Positions 1-13,230 of a stretch of DNA of 64,000 bases are shown here, piece after piece. The notes beneath the pieces were generated by a model. It was not told the DNA's origin, did not search any database, and was given only the letters and a program-made list of their open reading frames with translations. Origin of the DNA: the human T2T-CHM13v2.0 reference genome, Homo sapiens; assembly GCF_009914755.1 (NCBI RefSeq), contig NC_060930.1. One strand, 5' to 3'. Positions within the stretch are counted from its first letter, which is position 1, and every line of letters begins with the position of its first letter. The position numbers and the translations under genes were made by a program.

Positions 1-399
1 ACGTATGTCTTTTATTTCTTCTTTTTGTATTGAAAGCATTTAAAAACTCTCTGCACGAGATTTGGTGGTCGAGTGGGTGCTATATTTACTATATTAATGC
101 AAATTTTCATTTTTTAAAAATCTGTTTAATCTCCATGATAAAAAGTATATCCACACATGGTATTTGTTATAAACATTATAGATGCACTGTCGTTGTCTTA
201 TTCACTATCTACCTATTGCTAATACATTCCACCTCTCTGATTTTGAGTCAGATAGTTTATGCGCATAAAGCTTCTACCAAATATTTAATGAAGTATTGTC
301 ATTTGTATTGCTTTGTAAAGAATCTGTAATCCCCTTTGATCTGTGTTAATGAGTCATGCATTGTTTATTTCCAAATAATTACTTTTTAACTTTAGCTAT

Positions 400-1800
400 T
401 AATGGCTATTTTGTATTGTGATCTAATAACATGGCATGTACAACTTCAGCTTTTCTTTTTGTAACTGATTTAACATTTTTCTGGCCTATTAGATGACCAG
501 TTTTTACAAAAGATCCATTGGCTTTTAAAATAAAGTGTATATTCTGTTTATTTGGAATATACTTGATCTCTTTATTTTAAAAATCTATAAATTAGAATAG
601 TATATAGCCTTTACTTTTTTACTTTTTTCTTACATGAGTATTCAAAACCTGGGAGATGTTTCTTCAAAGCTAAATTTTTTTCTTTTCTAACTTCATTTTG
701 TAAAATTGTATAGCACAGCTTTTACTTTAAGTATTTTGTAGCTATGTTATTTTTCATATAAAGGTTTATGATTCTAATATCTTCATTGTGGATATATCAT
801 TTTTAAACATAAAACTGAAGTCTTTTATAATTTATGATGACTTCTTTGCCTCAAAATCTGATACAGCTGATTTTAATGTTATGATCTTTCTTTTGTTTGC
901 CTTTAGATGATGTATCTATGCCAGTCTCTTTTTCTATTTTTCTTTTCTTCCTTTTTTTTACCTCTCTAGGTCATATTCCCTTAGGTACGTCCCTTGGAAA
1001 CCACATATAATTGGACTGATCTTTAATAGAACAGTTTAACCCATTCAAATTCAAAACTTTTAAGTTGTTATATCTGAAAACTTTGTTCATTTGCCCTTTC
1101 AATTTTAACTTAAAAAACGCTTCTTTACTGTCTTTTTCTTATCTGGATCCTTATGGAATACAATGTTCTCACCTTTATTGCTAACGCTTCATATAATATA
1201 TATCTTATTTTAAAATTTTACAGATACATAAAAGTTAAAAATAAATTCCAATGATCAATTTCGCAAACCAAATAATGCTTTGATACCACCTGATAGAATT
1301 CTGAATATTAGTATTATTTTACTTTGCTTCCTTTAGCTCTCATTCACCTCTCAGTTGGGTGAAACGAGGTTTTTATAATCAGAAATTTGAGATGTAGATT
1401 ATTATGGTCATTTTCACATGTTATATATTCTATCTTATGAATTTCCTTTGTATTTTGTTTCAAAACCTATTTAGAATATTTAGTTCAATTTATTTGATTT
1501 CACCATTTATAATGCCTAACACTGAGCATTCTTTAGTCTTTTATGTGAATTAATCTCTTAGCTGTATATATGTACATCTTTCAGTAATTTTTTCCTCATG
1601 GAGAGAGTTCTTGTTATTATATCTGTCACTTCAATTTTTACCTTCCTCCTTTCAATTAACATCCTTCTTTTGTCAATCTGTTGATATTTCATCTTGTATT
1701 TTCTTTTTGTACCAGAGACCATATTTTAAAAATTGTACTAACGACACAAGCAGATGCTTTAAAAAATGTGCTTTAAATTTCTGATAATAAACCTTTTCCA
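400..1800 (-). mobile_element. Highly diverged ancient L1 (L1M-type) remnants
   Basis: T-rich L1-antisense-like composition; boundaries rough. Confidence 0.35.
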
Positions 1801-3307
1801 AGGTATGTCCTTGCAGCTTAAATGCTGCTATATTTCTTTTATGTAGCATTTGCCAATATACTCACATATCTTTTATATCTGCTTATCCTGATGAGGAAAA
1901 TATATATCCAAACAAGATATTTTTCCATAAACATTGTGGGTGAAATTATAGACCATCTGACTCTATTACAACCTCCCCTCACATGGATTTTGAGCCAGAG
2001 AGTTTATGGACCTGCAGAGTCTCTATCAAAATTTCTTATGTCCAGAAGACATTTATCTTTTTTGGCTATCTGGTAGTCTTTTGAAAAGGATAATTCATAG
2101 TTCGATGATTGGAAATATTCTCTGGCTCTTCAGATACGCTGAGAGGGAAATGGGAGCAATCAGAATACAGGGCTTTGCAGCTCTTTCAACCACAGTACCT
2201 TCTACTGCTGCTGCCACATGCCTCAGCAGAGAGCACCAGTTGCCTTCCATGTCTGTCATTGGCAGGAATAAAACAATGATCATTTTATTTCTTAAATGAA
2301 CAGAAAGAGCCACAGATGGGACAAACTGGATGATATGGTGGTCTTAAACGTTTTAGAAAACAGCTCCTTCCACAATATTAGAGGATTAAAAGGTTAGTGT
2401 TGTGGTTAGTACAGACATTGGGCATTGAGGCAAGAAACTGTCTGTGGCAGAACAATGCAGACTAATGATCTGTAGGTTTACTCTTTTAATATTCCTCAAG
2501 AGACATAATAAGTGTCAGTATCACCCATTAATTGAAGTTTTTTCTTTCAGTATTTTTCACTTGTAGGTGTCTGTCTATCCTCTGCTCCCTGTTCTCTAAC
2601 AGCTGGGGTTTCCTAACCCCCATCCAGAGCCCTGTAGGTTCTAGGGCAAGATTTACCTAGATAGTTTTCTCTAGTCCAACCATCTGACACTGAGCTTTGT
2701 CATCTGTGCCACTGGTCTTGCTGTTGTTTTGAAATTTGTCTTGCCTTCATTCTCACATGAAGCTCTGAAGAACTGGGCCCCTGCCTTTCCCTCTGTGGAT
2801 TCAATTCCCTCTCTTGGTTAGTTTCCCAATACTTTAGGTCCTCTGGGTTTACCCACGCTTGCGACAAAGAGAGGGATTGTAGTCTTGCCTTGACATTCAA
2901 AGCCTGTTGCCTGGTCTGAGGGGGACTTTCAGATGCCACCTGTCTGTCTGTCTTCTTGGCTGCCTCTCTGCCTCCCATCCAGGATTGCTAAATGCATCCC
3001 TAACAGCACGCTTTGTCTCTGACACCACAGCTTCCAAAACTAACATCTATTGTGATTCCTTTTCAACACTGTACTCTATGTCCTGAAATGCACTTTTCCT
3101 AACTCCTGGCAGCAAGTTCTATTTCACCACTATGGTTAGGCTCATCTCTAGGTCAAGGTTCCTCTAGGGTTATTCAAACCCGTTGTTCAGCCATACATGG
3201 TCATATTAAAAATAAGAAAACTCCAGATAGGTCAGTATTCTTATCTCTGGGTTATACTAGGTCCTTCTCGTTCCAGCCACCATACAACCAACTGATCACT
3301 GATTTAG

Positions 3308-3628
<321 letters not shown>

Positions 3629-3659
3629 TGACCAATTTTCATGAACTTCACTAGAAGAC

Positions 3660-4580
3660 CCTACATCAAGTCACTGTTATCCTTTACCTAGGATAAAAAT
3701 GCTTCCAATGTTCTCCCTGTTTATTCCTGCTCCTGCCTCATTCCTTCTCCATAGGGCAGTCAAAAAATCCAGTCACTCCTCTGTTTAAAGCCCTTAAGGG
3801 ACTTCCCACTTCTTTCACTTATTATTTAAAAAAAAAATTTGTTTAGACAGGTTCTCACTCTGTTGCCCAGGCTGGAGTGCAGTGATGCAAACACAGCTAA
3901 CGGCTGCCTCGATCTCTTTGGCTTAAGCAATCCTCCTGCCTCAGCCTCCCAATTAGCTGGGACCACAGCCACCACCATGCCTGGCTAATTTTTACAAAAA
4001 TTTTTGTAAAGACGGGAACTTGTTATGTTGCCCAGGCTGATCTTGAACTCCTAAGCTCAAGAGATCCTCCTGCCTGGGCCTCCCAAACTGCTGGAATCAC
4101 AGGCATGAGCCACCATGCCTGGCCTCACATATTCTTTAAGCTTATGCTGTCACTCATCTTCATCTTCAGCTTCTTTCCCAGCTACTTTCTCTCTTATGCT
4201 CTATCCACACTGGACTGCTTTCAAGATTTTTATTTACATTCTCTTCTGTCTGGATTGCTTTCAATTCTTGTGGGCAAATGTTAACAAATTTATCCTTTAT
4301 CCTCCTCAAATGGCATACCCTCTAAGAGGTTCCTTACTGATTTCCTTATTAGATTACTCTATTAGCACCCTGCAGATTAGATTCTCTGAGAGCACCCTAT
4401 ACTTTTTGTTGGCAGCATTAACTTTTTGAATAATGTATTTGTTTGAATATCTGTTTCATGTTTGTTTCTGATATTATCCTGTAAACTTCATGATGATGTC
4501 TGTTTAGCACATCACTTCTTGACTAGGGTCTACCAGTATCTTGAATGAACAGAGACTCAAGCATATTTGCTCAATAAAGA
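3660..4580 (+). mobile_element. L2 3' remnant interrupted by AluJ
   Basis: L2-like 3' end CTCAAGCATATTTGCTCAATAAAGA near 4556-4580. Confidence 0.5.
3840..4124 (-). mobile_element. AluJ, inserted in an L2 remnant
   Basis: GCTCAAGAGATCCTCCTGCC / GCTTAAGCAATCCTCC AluJ-type positions. Confidence 0.9.
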
Positions 4581-5239
4581 AAAATTGGGGTGAACATGAA
4601 GTGGAAATAAAATGTTAGCAATTTACCAATAATATTAAATATTTCTTATTAATTATATGTCTAGTGACAATATTAGGTATTCTGTGAAAATAGTGTTAGT
4701 TTGTGAGGAAATCTATCAATATTTACTTCACATGCAAGAAAAGGGAGAGGGCGTAGAATAGTTTAGTGAAAGGGAACAATATAATAACAAGTTGTAGGCC
4801 TGTGAAGAGAGTCTCATTTCTGAAGATATGCCAGAGTTCTTTGAAATATTTCTTAATTGTTCATATGAATATTTATCTGAGGCTGGAAGGGTGCAACTAT
4901 TATTTTTTATTCCTTTAGAGCTAACAGTGAAATGATTTTTTTTTCAAAATTCATGTAGGAGGTAAGAATATAAATGAAATTTCTTAACTTTCCATCCTAA
5001 GTTTTGTCTGCAAAACTGCTGATAAAGCAGGTTCCTGCACCCTCCACCCTCACCCTATTCTGTGCACCTAACTCTCCATTTAACTCTCATCATGTTGTCT
5101 TCAAAGAATTGAGACTTAATGTAGCATGGCATATGAGACATCTGAAGTCAACTGCTCTCAAAGAACCAACGGATGACCCTTGTTTACTCCTCCATGACTT
5201 TCCTTTTTCCTCTCCCCTTGATTCTTGCCTATGACCCTA

Positions 5240-5376
5240 TAAGCAGCACTTCCCAGAGGTTAATGTACAAGGCTACTTCAAGGATTTGGTAAGGTTTGGG
5301 CAAAAAAAATCAGTTTCCTAGGTCTTACCCCACAAATTTCTATTTGGTAATTCTGAAGAAGGGCCTAAACATCTGA
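5240..5376. mobile_element. MER5-like hAT-Charlie element, split by the L1 and resuming at ~7517-7580
   Basis: CCTAGGTCTTACCCCACAAATTTCT...GGGCCTAAACATCTGATTTT continues after the L1 as ATCTGAATTTTTTAAAAAAC. Confidence 0.5.
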
Positions 5377-7514
5377 TTTTTTTTCCAACTTTTATTTTAA
5401 GTTCTGGGGTACATGTGCAGGATGTGCAGATTTGTTACATAGGTAAACGTGTGTCATGGTGGCTTGCCGCACAGATCATCCAATCACCTAGGAATTAAGC
5501 TCAGCATTCATTAGCTATTCTTCCTGATGGTCTTCCTCCTCCTACCCCCACCCTCCGAAAGGCCCCAGTGTGTGTTCCCCTGACAATGTGTTCATTTGTT
5601 CTCATCATTCAGCTCCCACGTATAAGTGAGAACATGTGGTATTTGGTTTTCTGTTCCTGTGATAGTTTGCTGAGGATAAAGGCTTCCAGCTTCATTTATG
5701 TCCCTGTAAAGGACATGATCTGGTTCATTTTTAGGGCTACATGGTATTCCATGGTATATATGTACCAGATTTTATTTATCCAGTCTATCATTGATGGGCA
5801 TTTAGGTTGATTCCATCTCTTTGCTATTGTGAATAGTGCTGCAATGAACATACATCTGCATGTATATTTATAATAGAATAATTTATATTCCGTTGGGTAT
5901 ATACCTAGTAATGGGATTGCTGGGTCAAATGGTATTTCTGACTCTAGGTCTTTGAGGAATCGCCACACTGTTTTCCATAATGGTTGAACTAGTTTACACT
6001 CCCACCAACGGTGTAGAAGTGTTTCTTTTTCTCCACAACCTTGGCAGCATCTGTTGTTTTTTCAACTTTTTAATAATAGTCATTCTAACTGGTGTAAGAT
6101 AGTATCTCATTGTGGTTTTGATTTGCATTTCTCTAATGATAGGTTATGTTGAACTTTTTTTCATAAGTTTGTTGATCGCATGCATGTCTTCTTTTGAGCA
6201 GTGTCTGTTCATGTTCTTTGCTCACTCTTCAATGGGATTGTCTGTTGTTTTCTTGTAAATTTGTTTTAAGTTCCTTGTAGATGTTGAATGTTAGACCTTT
6301 GTTAGATGAATAGATTACAAGAATTTTCTCCCATTCTGTACATTGTCTGTTCACTCTGTTGATAGTTTATTTTGCTGTGCTAGTTTATTTTGCTGTGCAG
6401 AATCTCTTTAATTAGATCCCATTTGTCAACTTTTGCTTTTGTTGCAATTGCTTTTTGGATCTTTGTCATGAAAACTTTGCTTATGCCTATGTCCTGAATG
6501 GTATTGCCTAGGTTTTCTTCTAGGGTTTTTATAGTTTTGGGTTTTACATTTAAGTCATTAATTCATCTTGAGTTGATTTTTGTATATGGTATAAGGAAGG
6601 GTTCGAGTTTCATTTTTTTTGCATATTGCTAGCCAGTTCTCCCAGCACCATTTATTAAATAGGGAATCCTTTCCCCATTTCTTGTTTTTGTCAGGTTTGT
6701 CAAAGATCAGATGGTCGTAGGTGTTTGGTTTTATTTCTGGGTTCTCTACTCTGTTCCATTGGTCTATGTGTCTAGTCTTGTACCAGGACTATGCTGTTTT
6801 GGGTAATGTAGCCTTGTAGATAGTTTGAAGTCAGGCAGCATGATGCCTCCAGCTTTCTTCTTTTTGCTTAGGATTGTCTTGGCTATTCTGGCACCTTTCT
6901 GGTTCCATATTTTAAAATAGTTCTTTTCTAATTCTGTGAAGAATGTCTATGGTAGTTTAATGGAAGTAGCATTAAATCTATAAATTGCTTTGGGCAATAT
7001 GGCCATTTTCACGATATTGATTCTTCCTATCTACGAGCATGGAATGTTTTTGCATTTGTGTCATCTCTGATTTCTTTGAGCAGTGGTTTGTAGTTTTCCT
7101 TGAAAAGGTCCTTCACTTCCCTGGTTAGCTGTATTCGTAGGTATTTTATTCTTTTTGTGGCAGCTGTGAATGGGAGTTTATTCATGATTTGGTTCTCTGC
7201 TTGACTGTTGTTGGTGTATAGAAATGCTAGCAATTTTTGGACATTGATTTTGTATCCTGAGACTTCGCTGAAGTTGCTTATCACCTTAAGAAGCTTTGGG
7301 GCTGAGTTATAGGGTTTTTTAGATACAGGATCATGTCATGTGCAAACAAAGTTTGACTTCCTCCTTCCTATTTGAATACCCTTTATTTCTTTCTCTTGCC
7401 TCATTGTACTGGCCAGAACTTCCAATATGCTGAATAGGAGAGGTGAGAGAGGGCATCCTTGTCTTGTGCCTGTTTTCAAGGGGAATGGTTCCAGCTTTTG
7501 CCCATTCAGTATGA
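5377..7514 (-). mobile_element. 5'-truncated primate L1 (L1PA8-10-like): ORF2 3' part + 3'UTR
   Basis: ORF2 remnants at 7027-7284 ([15 protein letters not shown]) and 5696-5968 (EIPFDPAIPLLGIYP); TSD-like ATCTGA(A)TTTTTT at 5371 and 7517. Confidence 0.95.
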
Positions 7515-7804
7515 GTATCTGAATTTTTTAAAAAACACAACGGCTACTCCTTATGCTTATGATCTACAGAAACCCACTAAAGAAAATCAGCAGCAGTTTT
7601 GTTTTTTATTCATTTGGCCACCTATCGTCTGAAGTTTTCGCAAGCATCAACAAATTTTGTCACTAAAGCATCCACCTATGTATAGGGTCAGCTTCATTAA
7701 AAAAAAACATTTTTCACAAATCACCACTCGTTAATTCAGTATTGCTTTTGATAACTTATAAGCATTTACAATTAATGTAGATTTGTTTCTGTTTTTGTTT
7801 TAAA

Positions 7805-8100
7805 CCACTTTATTGACATATGATTGACATGTAAAACGCTGTACGTATTTAGCATATACAACTTCATAAGTTTAGCAGTAAGTATACATCCATGACGCAT
7901 CACCATCTTCAAGGTTATAAATATCCATCACCTCCCAAAGTTTCTTCCCACTTCCTTTTTATTAATCTGTGTGTGTTTGTGTGTTAGAAAGAATTAACAT
8001 AAGACCTACTATCTTAATAAATTTTAACAATAAAATAGTATTGCTACCTATGGTCACTATGCTGTATAGATATCCAGAACTTATCTTGAATAACTGAAGC
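7805..8100 (-). mobile_element. L1MA/L1MB 3' end fragment
   Basis: CTTTATTGACATATGATTGACATGTAAAACGCTGTACGTATTT resembles an old L1 3' terminus. Confidence 0.7.
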
Positions 8101-9932
8101 AGTTAGAAACTGTTAGTTAATGTTCTGAAAGGCATAAGTTCTTTAATTATTTTATTTTATCCAGCTGTCAATATAATGAATACAGACAAAGTGGATTCAA
8201 CTTTTGAATTTTTATATAATGTTTCTTATTCTACCACTTTGATTACATAGGTAAAAATGTTTCCAAAGAGTGCATAAAATAACTTAATATACTTTAAGTG
8301 ATTTTGGCAAGATGACTAAATATCCAATAATTTTTTAAAGTAAATTTTAATAGTTCAAATATACAGATGAAATTTGTATTATGTTACTTTTCATTCTGAC
8401 TACCATACAGTCCTAGATTACCTCCAAGAAGCCCCTTTCCAGTTGAAAATGATGATAGAAATGTGATGTTTTGCATCAGACACCTGACTAAAGTATCTCT
8501 ACTCATCAGACTTCTGAGACTCAACCTGCAGGTGGTCCTGCATTTAGATGTCTGCTATATTTCTCCATCTTAAATCTCGTTCGAGTAAAACAACTTAAAG
8601 GAATATCAGGAAGCAATTTATGGGAGATTATGTCTTTATTTTAATCAGCATAGAGAATTAACTCAATGACTGTAATACATCGTCTGGATTCAGCTACATT
8701 CTGTGTGTTCTCATTTTAGATGAAAGACTAAAATTTTCTGCAGTTCATTAAGTGTGATATGGTTTCCTTTTTAATTGAATTTGAATCTGTATAAATTATT
8801 ATTTTTCACATTAAGTACTATTCTTCACTCCAGTTCAAGACATACTACCTCACGTTTCTATCTCATAATCATGTACCATCTGAAATTATTTTCTATGCTT
8901 CTCCAAATCTTTGTAAATTTGACTACCTTTATGCTTTGCAAAAATAAAATGAAACCTATATTCTTCTACCTATCTGTGTCAGGGCTGAAGCAGTATAGAT
9001 GTAATTGCTGATTTTTAAGATTAGGAAACTAGTATACTTATACTTACACCCCCCAATTTTTAGCTGTATAATTGACATGTTTGCAACAACATAACTTTTT
9101 AAAGTTATTTAACTTTTCTTTCCAAACTGTTTACATTAATTCCTTTGTTTTATAAAAAAAATAACTATTTTTGGAAATTATTTATATAAATATTTAAATG
9201 ATCACAGCCATAAATGACCCAGTTCTTATTAGTTCAAGCTGATTTATTTTTCTATTTTAATAGAAATAAAAGCCCATTGTTAAAAGGAAGGCTATCTAAA
9301 ATTGTAACAAGAAAATAAAAGTTCCTGTAATTCTGGATAAAAATATCTTTGTTTTTCTTTTCACACATTTTTATACCTATATATAAAAAGTTCTGTACAG
9401 CTACCTGTAGCATTTCACTATCTTTGCTGTTACATAGTTGGCTTTCCACGTAACAATGAATCATGAGTATCTTTCCATATCACTCTACTGTACATCTTTA
9501 CATTTCAAATGTGTGTGTTTATACGTATATTTATATCACATTTAAGGTTGAAGCATAAATGAAACTACAGAAATGTATCCTTCAATATATAACCAATTTT
9601 TATGAACATTTAGATTGGTTCACATATTTTTGTTATTATTAGCAATACTGTGATAAATATCCTGATTTTTATGTATGGGTTCAATTAGTTCCTGTAGATG
9701 TATTCCTGTAGAAAAAAATGCTCAATAAAAAGTATTCACTTTAAATTTTGATATACGATTCCTGAGTATTTGCAAATGGTTGAACTAAAGGTATATGAGT
9801 GTTTCTTTTTCTGCATTCTTGATGTTGTCAAGTAAAAAAAATAAGTGTTTTTATTTTACTGTTTTCAACCTAAAAACAATTTTTAAATTCAGGTTTTAGT
9901 TTGTATTTCACTCAGTATATGGGAAGGTTAAC

Positions 9933-10108
9933 TAGGATCGCTACCTAATTTGCAGGACTGAGTGCAAAACGAAAATCCAGGGCTCTTTGTTCAAAAATTG
10001 TTAAGGATTTCAAGACTGTGACAGCAGAATATCAAACCAAGTATGGGGCCATTATTAACTATGGTCCTGTGTGACTCCATAGGTTGGACACTCCTAAAGC
10101 TAACCCTT
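9933..10108 (-). mobile_element. MER45A (hAT-Tip100 MITE)
   Basis: Colinear with the recalled MER45A reverse complement (GCTACCTAATTTGC...TTGTTCAAAAATTGTTAAGGATTTCAAGAC...AAACCAAG). Confidence 0.8.
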
Positions 10109-11576
10109 TAGCTTTTTAAATACATATTAGCCTTCTGACTTTGATTTCTGGCTACTGTTTATGAGTGGATTTCACCATTTTAAAAAATTAAGTGAGTGAA
10201 AATGGTTTTCACCCAGTTAAAATGATTTTAGTATATCTTTTAATTGATTTATTATAAAATTACCGTATAGACCCACATCTGAAATATAGAAACACTTATC
10301 GAATTTTATTTATATATTCATGATTTTTTTGATTTTACATATACATATTTAATCTATTTACATTTTTTTCTTGAGGTCAGATCGTAACTGAATTTTCTTT
10401 TCTCTAAACTAGTTACCCAATAGGCTTAATGTCTTTTATCTTATAATCTATAAGTTCCCCTGTGATTAGAAATGCCACAGTTTTCACGTGCCCATAGAAA
10501 TATAATAATCAATTTCTTGCTTTTCTATGCAATTTCATTGATCTAACTTACTGATCTTTCCCCCCAAACCATCCTATTTTAATTATTGTAGCTCTATGAT
10601 TCTACTCATTCTTCTGATTTTTTCTAGTATTTTCTTACTATTTAATTTTCTAACATGATTTTAAATAGTTTCAGGTTGTGAAATGGAGCTCTTGGGACTT
10701 TGATTTAAAAAATAATGACCATGTTTATCCAGGTGGATAAATGGATGTCTTTAAACATTAACTTTTTATACCTAAAATCAAGCCATAAGCCTTCATTTAT
10801 CTGTGTATTTTTTCAGGTACCTTGGTAGAGTATAGATTTCTTTATATAGATCCTGCACATTCTTATTTTTATACTGTTTTTTAGATTTGATCTCTTCAAG
10901 GAAAAAAAATCTGTTAATTTTCTGTATACATTTTGTGACTGGTCACCATGCTGTTTGTTTCTCGAGGTCTACTTTGTACCTTTCCCCACCATGCTCCGTG
11001 CCACAGGAAGAAGTCCTCTGTGAACTGAATTAATCGAGTGCCCTTGTATTCTGATTTCCAGTTGGGTTCCATCAATGAAAAACAGCAAGACAAAACTGGA
11101 GGGTGAAAGAGAGTGAGGTTAGGTGAAAAGTCTTGATTAGTCTAAAGGAAAGGATCTTTTTCTACTATTTTTCAGCCCAGAGAGGGTACCATTTGCAATT
11201 TGCAAAGAAAATAACTTATGTGATACAAGAATTTCGTAGAATTCTTCTAAGTCTTCTATTTATTGTGCTTCATTTTATCATTCACGTAGAATGAAGTTGA
11301 AGGGGATGGAGGAGTATAACGTTTTATTATCTGCTTAGTTGTTTAGCTGCCTAAGGAGAGTAAGACCTATTATTTCAGACTATCAAGCAACAGGATTGTT
11401 ATTTTTTAAATTACTTCATCAGATGCTATATTCACCACCTGTTGCAAGAACTTGTAATATAAATTGTTCTTCCATTTTATGGAAAATTTGCCACATTGTT
11501 GAAGAGACAAAAATAATAATAATAATAGCACGATGTTGGTATTATCTTTGTTGCATGAGTGCCTATTTCCTTTGTA

Positions 11577-12536
11577 TGAAGGGGTGGCCCCTCCACACCT
11601 GTGGGCGTTTCTCATCAGGTGGGATGAGAGACTGAGGAAAGAAAGAGACACACAGAAAAAGTATAGAGAAAGAAAAGTGGGCCCAGGGGACCGGCGCTCA
11701 GCATACGGAGGACCAGCACCAGCACTGGTCTCTGAGTTCCCTCAGTAGTTATTGATCATTATCTCTACAATCTCGGAGAGGGGGATGTGGCAAGACAATA
11801 GGGTAATAGTGGGGAGAGGGTCAGCAGGAAAACATGTAAACAAAGGTCTCTGTGTCATAAACAAGGTTAAGAAAAGGTGATGTGCCTTGATATGCACGTA
11901 TACAAACATCTCGGTGCATTAAAGAGCAGTATTGCTGCTAGCAGTCTTACCTCCAGCCCTAAGGCGGTTTTCTCCTATCTCAGTAAATACAACACATAAT
12001 CGGGTTTTACACTGAGACATTCCATTGCCCAGGGACAAGCAGGAGACAGATGCCTTCCTCTTATCACAACTGCAAAGAGGCCTTTGTCTTTCACTAATCC
12101 TCCTCAGCACAGACACTTTACAGGTGTCGGGCTGGGGGACAGTCAGGTCTTTCCCTTCCCAGGAGGCCATATCTCAGGCTACCACATGGGGAGAAACCTT
12201 GGACAATACCTGGTTTTCCTAGACAGAGGTCCCTGTGGCCTTCCACAGTGTATTGTGTCCCTGGATACTTGAGATTAGAGAATGGTGATGACTTTTAACA
12301 AGCATACTGCCTTCAAGCACTTTTTTAACGAAGCACATTCTGCATAGCCCTAAATCCATTAAACCTGGAGTGAACACAGCACATGTCTCTGCAAGCACAG
12401 GGTTGGGGCTAGGGTTACAGATTAACAGCATCTCAAGGCAGAAGAATTTTTCTTAGTACAGAACAAAATGGAGTCTCTTATGTCTACTTCTTTCTACACA
12501 GACACAGTAACAGTCTGATCTCTCTTTCTTTTCTCC
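11577..12536 (-). mobile_element. HERV-K(HML-2) solo LTR, LTR5B/LTR5A-type
   Basis: Minus strand reads GAAAAGAAAGAGAGATCAGACTGTTACTGTGTCTGTGTAGAAAGAAGTAGACATAAGAGACTCCATTTTG...CCCACAGGTGTGGAGGGGCCACCCCTTCA; ~960 bp. Confidence 0.92.
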
Positions 12537-13179
12537 TTATCTTTACTTCTACCTTTCTACGTGTAGGTCTTTATTTACGGATTTTGGTCTAAACAATTTT
12601 GGTGCCCTCTTATATCCAAGTTTTACATGCCCCTTTATCTTATAAAAACCCCTACTGTTAGCCCACCACCAGACCAGAGAAGCATAACAAAGTATATTCC
12701 TATGGGTAGTTTCCTGTCTAGCCACTCATACAGTCTGACGTCCATAGTCGCTTGCTTTGACAGGTGGTGGGGAATGAAGTCTCACGTATAATATGCATCT
12801 TCAGCCCAAATCCCATAAAATTAAGGAATATTAAAGAGTGTTTTGTAGAATTTGAACTCAGTATTTTGTTCATCACTTCATCTTATATTTTTGCTGTAAG
12901 AGTCCTTGTGAATTTTTTTGACAGTATAATACAGGCACGTTTAAAAAATTTTTGTTTCTCAAGGAAGATTTTTTGAGAACAATCTTTAGACAGTTTTGTT
13001 CTGCTACTGTTATTAGAAAAATCAATTCCTTTTTGTATTTTTATCTTTGTTTCTCCTTCTTGAATGAAGAGGGGTCATTTATGGCCTGGTATTTGTCCAA
13101 ACAGCACATGGGAGAAAACCTTTTCGATGTCTTCATTGCACCCCTGAAATATATTTCAGGTGTACTACACATTACACAT

Positions 13180-13230
13180 TGCACGCACACACACACACAC
13201 ACATATGCGTATGTATGTATATACATACAA
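13180..13230. repeat. (CA)n/(TA)n microsatellite
   Basis: GCACGCACACACACACACACACATATGCGTATGTATG. Confidence 0.85.

Noticed and set aside
5696-7540. ORFs resembling reverse transcriptase / L1 ORF2
   Set aside because: Frameshifted fragments of a 5'-truncated L1; not a functional retroelement or a novel RT system.
10960-11125. Possible ERVL LTR16/33-like fragment (similarly an MLT1-like stretch at 24230-24640)
   Set aside because: Too diverged to assign by eye; needs a Dfam search.
11339-12431. Cluster of ORFs on both strands
   Set aside because: Within or overlapping a solo LTR5; no gag/pol/env sequence is adjacent.
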